Assembly (NCBI GenBank): GCA_965263355.1
Contig: CBDHHL010000032.1
Span: forward strand, 64,001-128,000
Direction of reading: 5' to 3'
Length of the DNA stretch: 64,000 nt
Origin: Leptolyngbyaceae cyanobacterium
Lineage (GTDB): Bacteria > Cyanobacteriota > Cyanobacteriia > Phormidesmidales > Phormidesmidaceae
Made by a program: the position numbers and the translations under genes. The notes beneath the pieces were generated by a model. The model saw only the letters and a program-made list of their open reading frames with translations, searched no databases and was not told where the DNA came from. Positions 40,361 to 50,574 of the stretch are shown here, in pieces; within the stretch, counting starts at the first letter, position 1, and each line of letters starts with the position of its first letter.

Positions 40361-41475
40361 ACGCTTGCATAAAATAGACGATTTCTAAGGATTGAAGTGA
40401 GTCTCTTCTCAATGGAGAAATGGATAATACATCCAAGTAAAACTGTCGCCAAACAAGACAAAACCATGCCAATGGTGTAAAGCTCAATGCTGTTAATTGC
40501 ACTGGCCTGCATGAATTTTGTGAATATGGAGAGAATTGGGTAGTGGGTTAGATAAATAGCAAAGGAAGCTTCGCCTAACACCACAAACCCTCTATTGATT
40601 GGCAGCCTACGATTCTTTTCTAAAAAGGCTGCCCCTGCCACAATAAGTATCGATGAGGTCCCATAGGCTATAAATTCGTAGTAACGAGAAATGTTTGAGG
40701 TTGCTACACTGGTCTTGAGAATATATACATCTAAAAATCCAGCAATCATAAAGCCCAGGCAACCGGTCAATAAAATAAATAAACTGCCAGCTGGTTTCAG
40801 CTGGCGTCTGCTAAAGAAAATACCGAGTAACCATCCTGCTACAAACTCAAAATTATAATGTGAGAATATGAAATCCAGCAAAAAGTGACTATCGCTCTTA
40901 AATTGAAACCCTGAGAGTATATCGGTTAGCATAAAAAATGCTGAGACTGACAGACCAGCAAGAATCACCTTGGATATCACATTGGGTAGCAAAATTACGG
41001 CTGTAAACACCAGGTAAAAAAGTAGTAAGTGACTCAGAAACCAAGCAACGGAAAGGATAGGTGCATGCTCTTGAGGAATCAGTAACAATGACTTAAGGAT
41101 TACCCCAATATCTTGTTCATAGCCTTTTCCAAAGGATGGCACTAAAAAATAAACCGGTATGATGCAAAGACTGACTAACCAATAAAGGGGATAAAGCCGT
41201 AAACAGCGTTTGACTAAAAAGTCTTTTGCTGTCTGTCGATGTCGGATAAGTTTATGGCCTGATAATGCTAAAAAAAAGCCACTCAAGACAAAAAAGAAAT
41301 CAACGCCTGAGTCTCCAAATTCAAATAAAGACAGTAAAAAGGGGTGATCAAATTTGAGGTTAAATAATTCCGTTGCATGAAACGCAACAATGAGTAGGGC
41401 TGCTACCCCTCTAAAGGTTTCTAAAAGCTCCAACTTTTGAAAAGGGGACTTGGTTATTTTTTGAGCATATTTCAT
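40357..41475 (-). CDS. Acyltransferase family 3 (polysaccharide O-acyltransferase)
   Basis: LETFRGVAALLIVAFH, GVDFFFVLSGF, KRCLRLYPLYW, LGEASFAIYLTH, IEK; multi-TM. Confidence 0.92.
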   Translation of the reverse strand: MKYAQKITKSPFQKLELLETFRGVAALLIVAFHATELFNLKFDHPFLLSLFEFGDSGVDFFFVLSGFFLALSGHKLIRHRQTAKDFLVKRCLRLYPLYWLVSLCIIPVYFLVPSFGKGYEQDIGVILKSLLLIPQEHAPILSVAWFLSHLLLFYLVFTAVILLPNVISKVILAGLSVSAFFMLTDILSGFQFKSDSHFLLDFIFSHYNFEFVAGWLLGIFFSRRQLKPAGSLFILLTGCLGFMIAGFLDVYILKTSVATSNISRYYEFIAYGTSSILIVAGAAFLEKNRRLPINRGFVVLGEASFAIYLTHYPILSIFTKFMQASAINSIELYTIGMVLSCLATVLLGCIIHFSIEKRLTSILRNRLFYASV

Positions 41476-42533
41476 ACATTTTTGAGTTCGCTGTAGACTC
41501 CTAGTGTTTCATTAACAACGCGGGTTACATTTAGCCAGTCGAGATTTTTTTTGGCCTGTTCTTTCCAATAATTGAGTTTGGTAGAATTCTTTAATAAATC
41601 GGCAATGGTGATGGCTAATGTCTGACTATCGCCTGGTGGGACTAACAAGCCTGCTTTGCCATGTTCTAAAACTTCGGGAATGCCATCCACATGGCTGGCC
41701 ACGATAGCACATCCCACTTCCCGAGCCTCTGAAATAGCCAGACCAAATGGTTCACGATGGGATGCTAAAACAAAGACATCAGTGGATAATAGATAGGCCC
41801 GTGGATCTGCTTGAAATCCTTCAAAATGGATGCGATTAGCAACACATGTTCGGCGGGCCTGGGTCTGAAACTGTTCTTTTTCCGGACCATGACCCACGAG
41901 ATATAGATGGGCGTCTGGACAATCTAGGGCCACTCGCTCAAATGCTGCTATCAACTCAGTAATGCCCTTACGTGAGTTCATCCCGGCCACGGTGGTTATG
42001 GCTGGGCGCTGCAGACAAACGGGTAGACAGTCTTGCAGCGAACCGGCCCTTGGGCTTTCCAGGGTACCGTTTGTGACAACGCGTAGCTTCCGTTGAGGAA
42101 TGCCTCGTTTTTGCATTGACTGAGAGACCGCCTGGCTAACGGCAATCACCCGATCGGCCAAGCCCATCAGATTGGCACTCCCTTGAAACTCATTGTGTAC
42201 AGTCGTGACTAACCCGTACTGACTCCAAAGTTTAAGGCTACGGGCCAGCACGGCCCCTGTCATCATATGGGCATGGACAATATCTGGTTGTATCTGCTGC
42301 ACAATGGCACGATATTGTAAAACAACTTGAGCTAAGTTATGCCATTTCCGGGTTTGGTTGAGTCGATAATGGTTAACTCCATACTCCTTTAAAAGAGTTT
42401 CATAGTCACCACCATCAGAAATTACGCTGACGTCATAGCCTGCTTGGGCCTGAAGACAGGCTAAATCGATGGCAACATTGACAATTCCATTTCCTACTTT
42501 CTGAATATGGTTAAGGATATGTAGGATTCGCAT
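41472..42533 (-). CDS. Glycosyltransferase family 4
   Basis: MRILHILNH start overlapping the upstream stop (TAATG); EPFGLAISEA. Confidence 0.92.
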   Translation of the reverse strand: MRILHILNHIQKVGNGIVNVAIDLACLQAQAGYDVSVISDGGDYETLLKEYGVNHYRLNQTRKWHNLAQVVLQYRAIVQQIQPDIVHAHMMTGAVLARSLKLWSQYGLVTTVHNEFQGSANLMGLADRVIAVSQAVSQSMQKRGIPQRKLRVVTNGTLESPRAGSLQDCLPVCLQRPAITTVAGMNSRKGITELIAAFERVALDCPDAHLYLVGHGPEKEQFQTQARRTCVANRIHFEGFQADPRAYLLSTDVFVLASHREPFGLAISEAREVGCAIVASHVDGIPEVLEHGKAGLLVPPGDSQTLAITIADLLKNSTKLNYWKEQAKKNLDWLNVTRVVNETLGVYSELKNV

Positions 42534-43690
42534 TACATTGCTCCAACAGTTGAATGCTGAATGGGCTGCAACCTGTTTAATACATCCAAATATTGGTGAA
42601 CGATACAATCTATGGTGAAGGCTTGCGATCGCGTCTTCAGTATCTGTTTATCGATGGGATGGTTCAGCGTTGCCACAATGGCATCAGCCATCGCCTTATG
42701 ATCGCCCACTGGCACCAATGCACCATATTGACCCTGGTTCAAAATTTCTGCTGGGCCGCTCTCACAGTCCGTCGAAACAACGGGTGTCCCCGCCGCAATC
42801 GCTTCCGCAACAACATTGCCAAACCCTTCATAAATGGACGATAAAACAAACACATTCGCCTTAGCCATATAGGCATAGGGATTCTCAACAAACCCGGAGA
42901 AGAGAACATCGTCCTTTAGACCAAACTTTTCAATTAAATTTTCCAGTTCAGGTTTTACATCAGGTTCACGAGTATCCACATCCCCCAAAATCATGAGTCG
43001 TGCGGCGCAGTGCTGACGCACCAGTGCAAATGCCTGAATCAGTGTTGCAAAACTCTTTTGCTTAACGATTCGCCCCACACCGATCAAAACTGGGGGCTGA
43101 TCCTGTTCAAACCAGGGATGAACAATAGCTTCCTGGGCTTTCCTGGCAAAGTCAGCTGTAACCACTGGATTATGAATTACCGTCATCCGCTGCATCGAGA
43201 TTTTAGCATTTTGCTCAATATCTCGCGCCACACCTTCCGATGCAGTCACAATGGCATCTGCCCAAGGATACAAATACTGCACTGCCGCCCACTTAAATTG
43301 TTGTATCAGCTTGATATGACGATCTTGAAATTGTTGAGAAAGGTTTGTCTGAACACACATGACCACTTGAGTGTTCACCCTTGCTAAACGTTTTGCTAAC
43401 GTCGCTGAACTAAAAATATCCAGTGTAGAAATGAGAAAGGCAGGCTGTTCCTGTTTTAAGTATTGCTTAAGGGCCAACGTCTTAAACAAAAATACAGGAG
43501 ACTTTGCATCTAAGTTAATCAGTCGTACGCTCGGTGGAATATTTGACAAATAAGCTCCCTCTGCTTTTGCAACAACAAGGTCAACCTCAAGTCCTCGTTC
43601 TGCAAATCCCTCGGCTAGATGCAGCATTACCCGCTCAGCACCGCCACCGTCAAGGTTAGGTATAAACAAGCTAATAAAGGGTTGTGGCAT
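42533..43690 (-). CDS. Glycosyltransferase family 4
   Basis: GGGAERV, GFVENPY, EGFGNVVAEA, SGPAEIL. Confidence 0.92.
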   Translation of the reverse strand: MPQPFISLFIPNLDGGGAERVMLHLAEGFAERGLEVDLVVAKAEGAYLSNIPPSVRLINLDAKSPVFLFKTLALKQYLKQEQPAFLISTLDIFSSATLAKRLARVNTQVVMCVQTNLSQQFQDRHIKLIQQFKWAAVQYLYPWADAIVTASEGVARDIEQNAKISMQRMTVIHNPVVTADFARKAQEAIVHPWFEQDQPPVLIGVGRIVKQKSFATLIQAFALVRQHCAARLMILGDVDTREPDVKPELENLIEKFGLKDDVLFSGFVENPYAYMAKANVFVLSSIYEGFGNVVAEAIAAGTPVVSTDCESGPAEILNQGQYGALVPVGDHKAMADAIVATLNHPIDKQILKTRSQAFTIDCIVHQYLDVLNRLQPIQHSTVGAM

Positions 43691-43732
43691 TTTTTTACTC
43701 CTCAACTTTAAATTCTAAAACAGACATCAACG

Positions 43733-45028
43733 TCAGCCAGTTGGAACAAGTTCCACTATTAGAGGGGCATCATTGACAGGTAAAACAAGCGATTTGGGAC
43801 TGTTATATTGCGCAGTCGATGCTACGGATTGCAAGGGCTGATAGAGCTTAGCAGAGCTAATAGCGGTATCTAGCTTGACCGTAACCGTTTGGTATGGCAC
43901 TGAAATATTGCCCTGGCTCAACAAATTAAAACTGGGAACTTCTTGCCAAAGAATCAAATAAAAGCGTCCATCCTGTTTCTGGAGTAGCGTGTGATGAACA
44001 TTTGTGGTTTCTCCAGTCATTGCATAGCTCAGGGTGCCTGGAGTAAATTGATCGTCTGTATCTTGAAGCAGGGTAATTAAATTTTTGATTGCTATAAACG
44101 CAGGTTTAGGAGAACCGTCTCTGTGTAAAAGACCAAAATTACCTTCCTTGTTGTTATTGTCCCATTTGTTAATTAGCTCATTTAGATATACCCGTTGAAT
44201 GCCCCGATTAAAGTATTCCAACCACAACCGAGGTACATACTTGCTAGCCGCTAACTCTGACACCCCTGGTTGTCCAGAGCTAGTAGAGAGTGCATTGTGC
44301 CATCCAGACTCAGTCGCAATGAGAGGTTTAGCAGGACATAATTTTTCTGTTGCTGGGATCCAGTTCCAGTCTAGCCCTGCTGTGGGAGGCTCACCACCAG
44401 GATAGCTATGCATAGCGCCATAATCACAGTCAACTGCCCCCAATTGACTGGCATTCCCCCAAAGCGCCACCGTTGGACTCAGCACATCGATACTGGTCGT
44501 TGCTGGGTCGGCTTTAATGGCATCATAAAGTTCAGATTGAAAGGTGCGCACCCCTGTTGGAAACGGCTGTCCTTTATAGGTCAAGTCTTCCCACACATCC
44601 CACTCATTGGGCCCTTCAACCGCCTCCACCGATGTGGGAATTGCTTTAACAATATCCACGGCAACAGAGGCCGTCGCCTGATCCCTAGGATCCATAACCA
44701 GCGTAGATTTGATGCCAAGGGTGGCCAGCTCAGCAAACTTCTGTTGCGTGACTGTGTCGTCTAGCTTAACCCCATCTCGAATGTGGTATACACCCAGTTC
44801 TTGCAATCTTGGCTTAATAATAGAATCGTAGTCACCGTAGGCGCTTTTCGTTCTGTTGAGATGGACAACCACACCCACTGAATCAATAAATGAACTGGCC
44901 GTACGTGCCGTTTCGGAAAAGCTTTGTGATTGGCTAGGAAGTACAGTACTACAGGAAAATACGGCACTCACTAAAACCATAAGCAAATACTGACGACGCT
45001 GCCTCCAGGTAGGTAACCAAGATTTCAT
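43733..45028 (-). CDS. Exported glycoside hydrolase-like protein (clan GH-A-like)
   Basis: Signal peptide; EGPNEWD (acid/base-like), HSYPG, ATESGW (nucleophile-like), FGLL..DGSPKPAF. Confidence 0.65.
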   Translation of the reverse strand: MKSWLPTWRQRRQYLLMVLVSAVFSCSTVLPSQSQSFSETARTASSFIDSVGVVVHLNRTKSAYGDYDSIIKPRLQELGVYHIRDGVKLDDTVTQQKFAELATLGIKSTLVMDPRDQATASVAVDIVKAIPTSVEAVEGPNEWDVWEDLTYKGQPFPTGVRTFQSELYDAIKADPATTSIDVLSPTVALWGNASQLGAVDCDYGAMHSYPGGEPPTAGLDWNWIPATEKLCPAKPLIATESGWHNALSTSSGQPGVSELAASKYVPRLWLEYFNRGIQRVYLNELINKWDNNNKEGNFGLLHRDGSPKPAFIAIKNLITLLQDTDDQFTPGTLSYAMTGETTNVHHTLLQKQDGRFYLILWQEVPSFNLLSQGNISVPYQTVTVKLDTAISSAKLYQPLQSVASTAQYNSPKSLVLPVNDAPLIVELVPTG

Positions 45029-45032
45029 AGGT

Positions 45033-45761
45033 CTAATTTTCCAAAAATTTTTGATACAGTAAGTTAGCAGTTGGCAGCAACGGATGTTCGGTTAATTCTT
45101 CCAGCACATCCTGCTTAATTCGAGCTTTTGCCTCGGTAGGAATAGCAACTAAATGTTCAGGCTGCTTGAGTTCTTTCTGAGCTTTCTTTAACTGGCTAAA
45201 AATAGTATCGCGTACTTCAGGGGTAATTGGCTCCATGTGGAATGAAGTATCATAGCGCTGGTTAATTCTCTCAACTACTTGGTGAGGATATTGGGTGGTG
45301 TCCTTAAAGTCGGAAAGAACAACATTGTTATGGACTGGCCAAATGCGCTCGTAAAAATTGATATAACTTTGAATCGCAAACTGAGTAGACAATGCTCGAT
45401 CAACGACTAATACTGAGGCAATGGCATCAATGGGATTACGAATCAAAACAACACATGGGATACCATACTCTATTGCTTTAATCACTTGTAAAGGAGCATG
45501 CATATGGTGGGCGGCCTTTACCGTAGGATTATACATTCGAAAAGCTCTAGAAAAGAACGAATTAGCTGAACGGGGAAAGCCTTCTATACAAATATCTTTC
45601 TCAGGAGAGATCTTCTTCCATCTATTTTTTTCTGCAAGCGGTAACATTCGGAACAAGAATTCATGACGTCCCATGATGTGTCCCGTTCGATATTTTGTAT
45701 TTTTAATCAGTCTTTTGGTAAGCATAGGTTGAAATCGATCCAGTGATTGAGCAAAAGGCAT
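45033..45761 (-). CDS. Sulfotransferase-like protein
   Basis: 5'-PSB-like IEGFPRSANSF; 3'-PB-like LIRNPIDAIAS. Confidence 0.65.
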   Translation of the reverse strand: MPFAQSLDRFQPMLTKRLIKNTKYRTGHIMGRHEFLFRMLPLAEKNRWKKISPEKDICIEGFPRSANSFFSRAFRMYNPTVKAAHHMHAPLQVIKAIEYGIPCVVLIRNPIDAIASVLVVDRALSTQFAIQSYINFYERIWPVHNNVVLSDFKDTTQYPHQVVERINQRYDTSFHMEPITPEVRDTIFSQLKKAQKELKQPEHLVAIPTEAKARIKQDVLEELTEHPLLPTANLLYQKFLEN

Positions 45762-45767
45762 GATTTC

Positions 45768-47198
45768 CTAGTTTTGGATATAAAAATTCTGGTGTGTATG
45801 ATAGCGAGATGCAGCCAGTCCAATGCCTAAAAACCCCCACAGCACCATGCCGACCACGCCAATCATGGTGACATTGAGACTCATTTGGGCAAAGATACCG
45901 AATGCGATCGCACGGGCTGCGCTAGCAAACGTATCAATCCGGGCTTCAACTCCCTGAAAGAGTTTAAAGAAAATCAACAACATTCCAGTCAGGTATGGCA
46001 AGGTGCCCACCCATCCTAGGGAAAACAAAAATGTCAAAATACTACTATCATTACTGCCTAAATACTCGCTTTTGACAACGGTTCCCAAGCCTTGACCCAT
46101 ACCTTGGTTCAGCGCCTCCCCTAGGAGTTCGTTATACCCCTCTAGTCGAGCTTGATAACTGCCATCTTGCTGGGTATTTGAGAAAGATTCCAACCGAGGC
46201 GCGATCTCACTTGCCAAGGGTTCTATTGAGGCCAATGGCACCACAAGTAACGCCATCACCATTAAGGTAATCAACAATCGCACCTGCAGGTGTGATTTGA
46301 GTGAGGGTAGGTAAAGCATTAATCCGGCCCCCCAACTCAGCCACCCTGATCGCGCCAATGTCAGCAAGAAAGAGAGATATCCCGCACCAGTGGCAACAAA
46401 CTTTAAACTCTCGCGATTGCTCAGTAATAAAATCAGACCCGCCATCATCATAGCGGCAAAAGGTTGGGGTGAATTCATTGTGCTCCATACACGAATACCT
46501 AAGGGTTCTGGATAACCAAATACATCGGTGTCTACCGCATTAATTAACCAAAACCGATCCCATTCGGGCGCGCTCAGGTATTGCCAGATGCCATAGCCCC
46601 CCATCACCATTACTCCCCAGAGAAATGTGCGCTGAATGGTTTGGCGATAAGCCGGATACTCTCGCCAGTTAATAAACAAGTGAAAGCCAAACAATAATGG
46701 CGGCAGCCAGTTTAACAAGGCGACTAAGGTTCCCGCCAACGGGTTTTGAACCAGTCCAATTAAGAATCCATAAAGGACACTGGTAAAACAGAGAATAAAG
46801 GGTCCCCCTCCCTGAAGATGAGCCCTTGGCAGGTGGCGGAACAAGGTTACAACAGAAATGAGTGTAACTAACGGCGGAGCTAACAAGACGAGGCTAGGAT
46901 CTTGCCAACCACTTTGCTGATCAATCAAACGGCGTACCAGGGGGGTTAGGAACCAAAGCCACCAGGTAAAACTAATATACAGCAAGGGATAACGTACATA
47001 AAGTAGCCCCCCAACAGCCACAGCACCTATTGGAAAAAGTAGGCGTAATAAACCACCAACTCCCGCCAAAATCCCTAAAACTACCATTAGGGCGAGTGCC
47101 AAAATTGCAGTCCAGGCTAAAGCAGGACGAAATCTAAGCCAAATAAATGTAGCCTGACTGGAAGAATAGGGAGTTCGCTGTTGCTCTTGTAGTATCAT
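45768..47198 (-). CDS. O-antigen ligase / Wzy-like polymerase
   Basis: Multi-TM; RVWSTMNSP, ARSGW, SYQAR, GQGLG; located within the EPS cluster. Confidence 0.8.
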   Translation of the reverse strand: MILQEQQRTPYSSSQATFIWLRFRPALAWTAILALALMVVLGILAGVGGLLRLLFPIGAVAVGGLLYVRYPLLYISFTWWLWFLTPLVRRLIDQQSGWQDPSLVLLAPPLVTLISVVTLFRHLPRAHLQGGGPFILCFTSVLYGFLIGLVQNPLAGTLVALLNWLPPLLFGFHLFINWREYPAYRQTIQRTFLWGVMVMGGYGIWQYLSAPEWDRFWLINAVDTDVFGYPEPLGIRVWSTMNSPQPFAAMMMAGLILLLSNRESLKFVATGAGYLSFLLTLARSGWLSWGAGLMLYLPSLKSHLQVRLLITLMVMALLVVPLASIEPLASEIAPRLESFSNTQQDGSYQARLEGYNELLGEALNQGMGQGLGTVVKSEYLGSNDSSILTFLFSLGWVGTLPYLTGMLLIFFKLFQGVEARIDTFASAARAIAFGIFAQMSLNVTMIGVVGMVLWGFLGIGLAASRYHTHQNFYIQN

Positions 47199-47305
47199 TA
47201 GATTTCACCAAAGGTATTGGTATCACTGTTGTGAACAATGCTTCCAAAACGTCTAACCCTATATTTTATTTTTGTAACTCAATAGGATAATGCTGCATCT
47301 GTTTT

Positions 47306-48277
47306 TTAATTCCGAGATAGCTTCACCAAAGCATTTACATTAGGCAATGATTGCCTTATCGATAGGACAAGACTGATGGGAAAATTGAGAAAAGGATAGT
47401 TAACTTTTGCTAGTCTTAACTTAAGATTTAAACAATGGCCAAAAAAGTGTAGAGTTGGATCAAACGTCAATGCTTGTTGGAGCAGTTCACTGGCTCTCTG
47501 CTTCTCCTCAGAGATGGAAAATGCCCTCCAAGCCGCATGAAGATAGGCACGACCAAAAGCTTTTCTCTTTAAGTAATTGTTACTAGAACTATAGTCTTGA
47601 AAAACCTTATTAAGGATTTTGCAAAAGCTATCTAACTGCCCCTCATAGTTTTTGGATTTATTGTTTGCATGTTCACGATACAAAACAAGAGGCTCATGAA
47701 TAGTCTCAAAGGAATAGTTAGCAGAAATTCTAATCCACATATCCCAATCTTCTGCATATTTCAATGTTTGGTCAAAGTAACCTACATCTTCAAAACAGCA
47801 GCGACGCACCATAGCAGTACTGCCACAGCGCACAAGATTGTAAACGACCATCTGTTCCCAAACATTTCCTTTGCCATGGGTAGTCATTAATCGCCCAGTA
47901 GGTATGCCATCAGACTGTATAAACGCAGTCCAGGTATGAACCAATCCTACAGCTGGATTATCCTCTAAATATCGAACCTGTTTTTCAAGCTTTGTGGTTC
48001 TCCAGAGATCATCTGCATCAAGAAAGGCGATATATTTGCCTTTAGAATACTTGATCCCAGTATTCCTTGCACTTGCTGCACCTTGATTAGGTTGTGAGAT
48101 AAGTCTTATGCGAGAATCATCTAATTGAGATACCCAATCAACAGTTTTATCCGAACTGCCATCATCAATAATTAAAAGCTCGAAATCAGCAAATGTTTGT
48201 TGAAGAACACTCTCTACCGTTTCTGGTAGGTATTTCATCGCATTGTAGGATGGAATGACTACTGATACCTTTGACAT
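47306..48277 (-). CDS. Glycosyltransferase family 2
   Basis: VSVVIPSYN, IDDGSSD, ARNTG, FLDADD, EDWD. Confidence 0.93.
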   Translation of the reverse strand: MSKVSVVIPSYNAMKYLPETVESVLQQTFADFELLIIDDGSSDKTVDWVSQLDDSRIRLISQPNQGAASARNTGIKYSKGKYIAFLDADDLWRTTKLEKQVRYLEDNPAVGLVHTWTAFIQSDGIPTGRLMTTHGKGNVWEQMVVYNLVRCGSTAMVRRCCFEDVGYFDQTLKYAEDWDMWIRISANYSFETIHEPLVLYREHANNKSKNYEGQLDSFCKILNKVFQDYSSSNNYLKRKAFGRAYLHAAWRAFSISEEKQRASELLQQALTFDPTLHFFGHCLNLKLRLAKVNYPFLNFPISLVLSIRQSLPNVNALVKLSRN

Positions 48278-48421
48278 TGGAAAATAACTCCCTCGATTAG
48301 ATCTACTTTTTAATGAGAAGAATGTTTTTAAGCCATATATTTTCAATAAGAAAACTGAATCCGACTTAGAAGACCGAAAAAGAAAACCAATTTATATCAT
48401 GTAAGCTTAACGACTGATAAA

Positions 48422-49330
48422 TTAAGTGCGGCGAGGCTCGAATCCTATCTGAAGACGTAGCAATTCAAAAAATTGAATATAATGTAAGAGAAAAATCATG
48501 ACGAAAATCGTCAATTTATGTTGTTGCCTTTTGAGGTTTTTCCTGAGATAGCTTTTTCGAATTGCTGAGCGTAAGGGGGGCCTAAGTTGAGTGATCAAGT
48601 TTTTAGTAAGCTTCAGATTCTGTTTAGGATTAAAACTATCTAAGGTATACATGCCCCCAATCCTGCGAATGAGTTTTTTGCGAATTTCCTTGAAAGAATG
48701 TCGAGCAGGGTGAGCAATACAGCTATCAGCAGCATAGACGATTTCAAATCCTTTATTAGTAACTCGTTTTCCCCATTCTAAATCCCCCCCTGATTTGAGA
48801 TCGGCATTAAAAAGACCAACATCCTCAAAAACATGTTGAAATGTAAAGAGATTTGCAGTAGCCCCCCATTTTTGTTCTTTTACATAAGTCTCCTGCTGCA
48901 GAAATTCAAGGCTATCGTAGAGTTCAAATGCATTTGGATGGCCTGATTCCTTAAAGAAAAAATTAATTTTCCCTGCCACAATGCCACAATTCTCAGTGGA
49001 GAGAAGCTTTTGGATCCCTTTTTCAATCCAGTCTGGTGAAGGAATACAGTCTGAATCGGTAAAGGCAAGAATATTACCCTTGGCAATGGTAATACCTTTG
49101 TTGCGAGCAGCATAAGAGCCAACTTTCTCTTCATAGGCAAGCCTTACCTGTGGGAAGAGTTTAACAGAGGTTTTGATATCTTGAGTTGATGCATTATCAA
49201 CAACAATGACTTCATAATTCTTGATTGGATACGTTTGTTGAATTAGCGCACTTAAGCATAGCTTTAATCTTTGAGCATCATTAAACGTAGGAATAATAAC
49301 GGATACGAAATCAGTCATTGGCTTATTCAT
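48422..49330 (-). CDS. Glycosyltransferase family 2
   Basis: VSVIIPTFN, VDNAST, AARNKG, FTDSDC. Confidence 0.92.
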   Translation of the reverse strand: MNKPMTDFVSVIIPTFNDAQRLKLCLSALIQQTYPIKNYEVIVVDNASTQDIKTSVKLFPQVRLAYEEKVGSYAARNKGITIAKGNILAFTDSDCIPSPDWIEKGIQKLLSTENCGIVAGKINFFFKESGHPNAFELYDSLEFLQQETYVKEQKWGATANLFTFQHVFEDVGLFNADLKSGGDLEWGKRVTNKGFEIVYAADSCIAHPARHSFKEIRKKLIRRIGGMYTLDSFNPKQNLKLTKNLITQLRPPLRSAIRKSYLRKNLKRQQHKLTIFVMIFLLHYIQFFELLRLQIGFEPRRT

Positions 49331-49399
49331 AAGAAATACTTCCAAAAATCAAGCTAATAAACGACGATGACAGTTGATGCTTATCGATTGCTGAATTGA

Positions 49400-50461
49400 T
49401 TAATCAACAAGACAATCTTGATAGACTTTAAGTGTCATCTCTGCAACCTTTTCCCAATTGTTTTCTTGAGCTAAGACTAAATTAGATTTCCCCATTAATT
49501 CACAAGCATACTTTTTATTGAGACTAGAACTCATTGCCTGAAATAATCCATCTGCTTTATGGGGATCATAAAGGAATGAAGTATCATCATTTAAAGTCTC
49601 TGGAATACAACCTATAGTAGGAGCAATACAGGCTCGACCAAATGACATAGCTAAGATCATAGCTCCTGATGTGAGTAAATTTCGATACGGCAAAACAACA
49701 ACATCACAAGCATTCATATATATTTGAACATCATCATCTGGAACAAATCCAGGATAAAATCGAATTCGGTTATTTTCCTGACTTTTTAGATAAATCCAAT
49801 TAGATAATTGTTTATCTCTTGAATTACCAACTATTAATAAATAAGCATCTTCAGCATTTAGTTGATTAAATGCTTTGATCAGTTCAGGAATTCCTTTATA
49901 AGCCCTAATAAGCCCAAAGAATAAGAAAACTGTAGCTGACTTGGGTAAATTGATTTTATGTCGAGCAGTCTCTTGATCGATTATGTTTTTATAATAACCA
50001 AAATAATTTCCGTGGGGAATCACAGAAATCTTCTTCCCATTTTTTCCTAGAAGTTTATTAGCAATTTCTTGCTTTGCTACTTTAGAGTGAGCAATGATTG
50101 CATCAGCCAATAAGGCCACAGCTAGGGTGCAAATCCTATCAGAAATATGAAATAAATTCTCATGGGCTTTAAGATTATGGGCTGTCCAGACAATCTTAGT
50201 ACTAGAAATCTTCAGCTTGATCAGTCCACAGACAAATTTCAAAGCTTTCAGAAATGATTTATAGCGATTACTAGAATGAGAATACTCATGTAACCAATGG
50301 AGGTGTAAAACTTCAGACTCTTGGTTCTTTACCTCTTTGGGTAAATAAATCTTGTTATGTGGAATTCCCTGAACTAAAACTTCTAATTCTGACAAAGCAC
50401 TTATCAGCTGTTTTTGATAGGGATTTATAGACAGAAATTGGGGAGCAAATGCTATTTTCAT
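49400..50461 (-). CDS. Glycosyltransferase (GT-B, family 4-like)
   Basis: NPYQ, HLHW, WTAHN, FGLIRAYKG, TSGAMILAMSFG. Confidence 0.88.
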   Translation of the reverse strand: MKIAFAPQFLSINPYQKQLISALSELEVLVQGIPHNKIYLPKEVKNQESEVLHLHWLHEYSHSSNRYKSFLKALKFVCGLIKLKISSTKIVWTAHNLKAHENLFHISDRICTLAVALLADAIIAHSKVAKQEIANKLLGKNGKKISVIPHGNYFGYYKNIIDQETARHKINLPKSATVFLFFGLIRAYKGIPELIKAFNQLNAEDAYLLIVGNSRDKQLSNWIYLKSQENNRIRFYPGFVPDDDVQIYMNACDVVVLPYRNLLTSGAMILAMSFGRACIAPTIGCIPETLNDDTSFLYDPHKADGLFQAMSSSLNKKYACELMGKSNLVLAQENNWEKVAEMTLKVYQDCLVD

Positions 50462-50574
50462 ACTATCTTCCAACCTATTTAAGAAAACTTTGTGAGCAAT
50501 AAAGATTACGAAAATAATAGCTAGGCAAATAGTCTACAGATCTTTATTGCAAAAAAGAAAGATAAAATCCCTAC

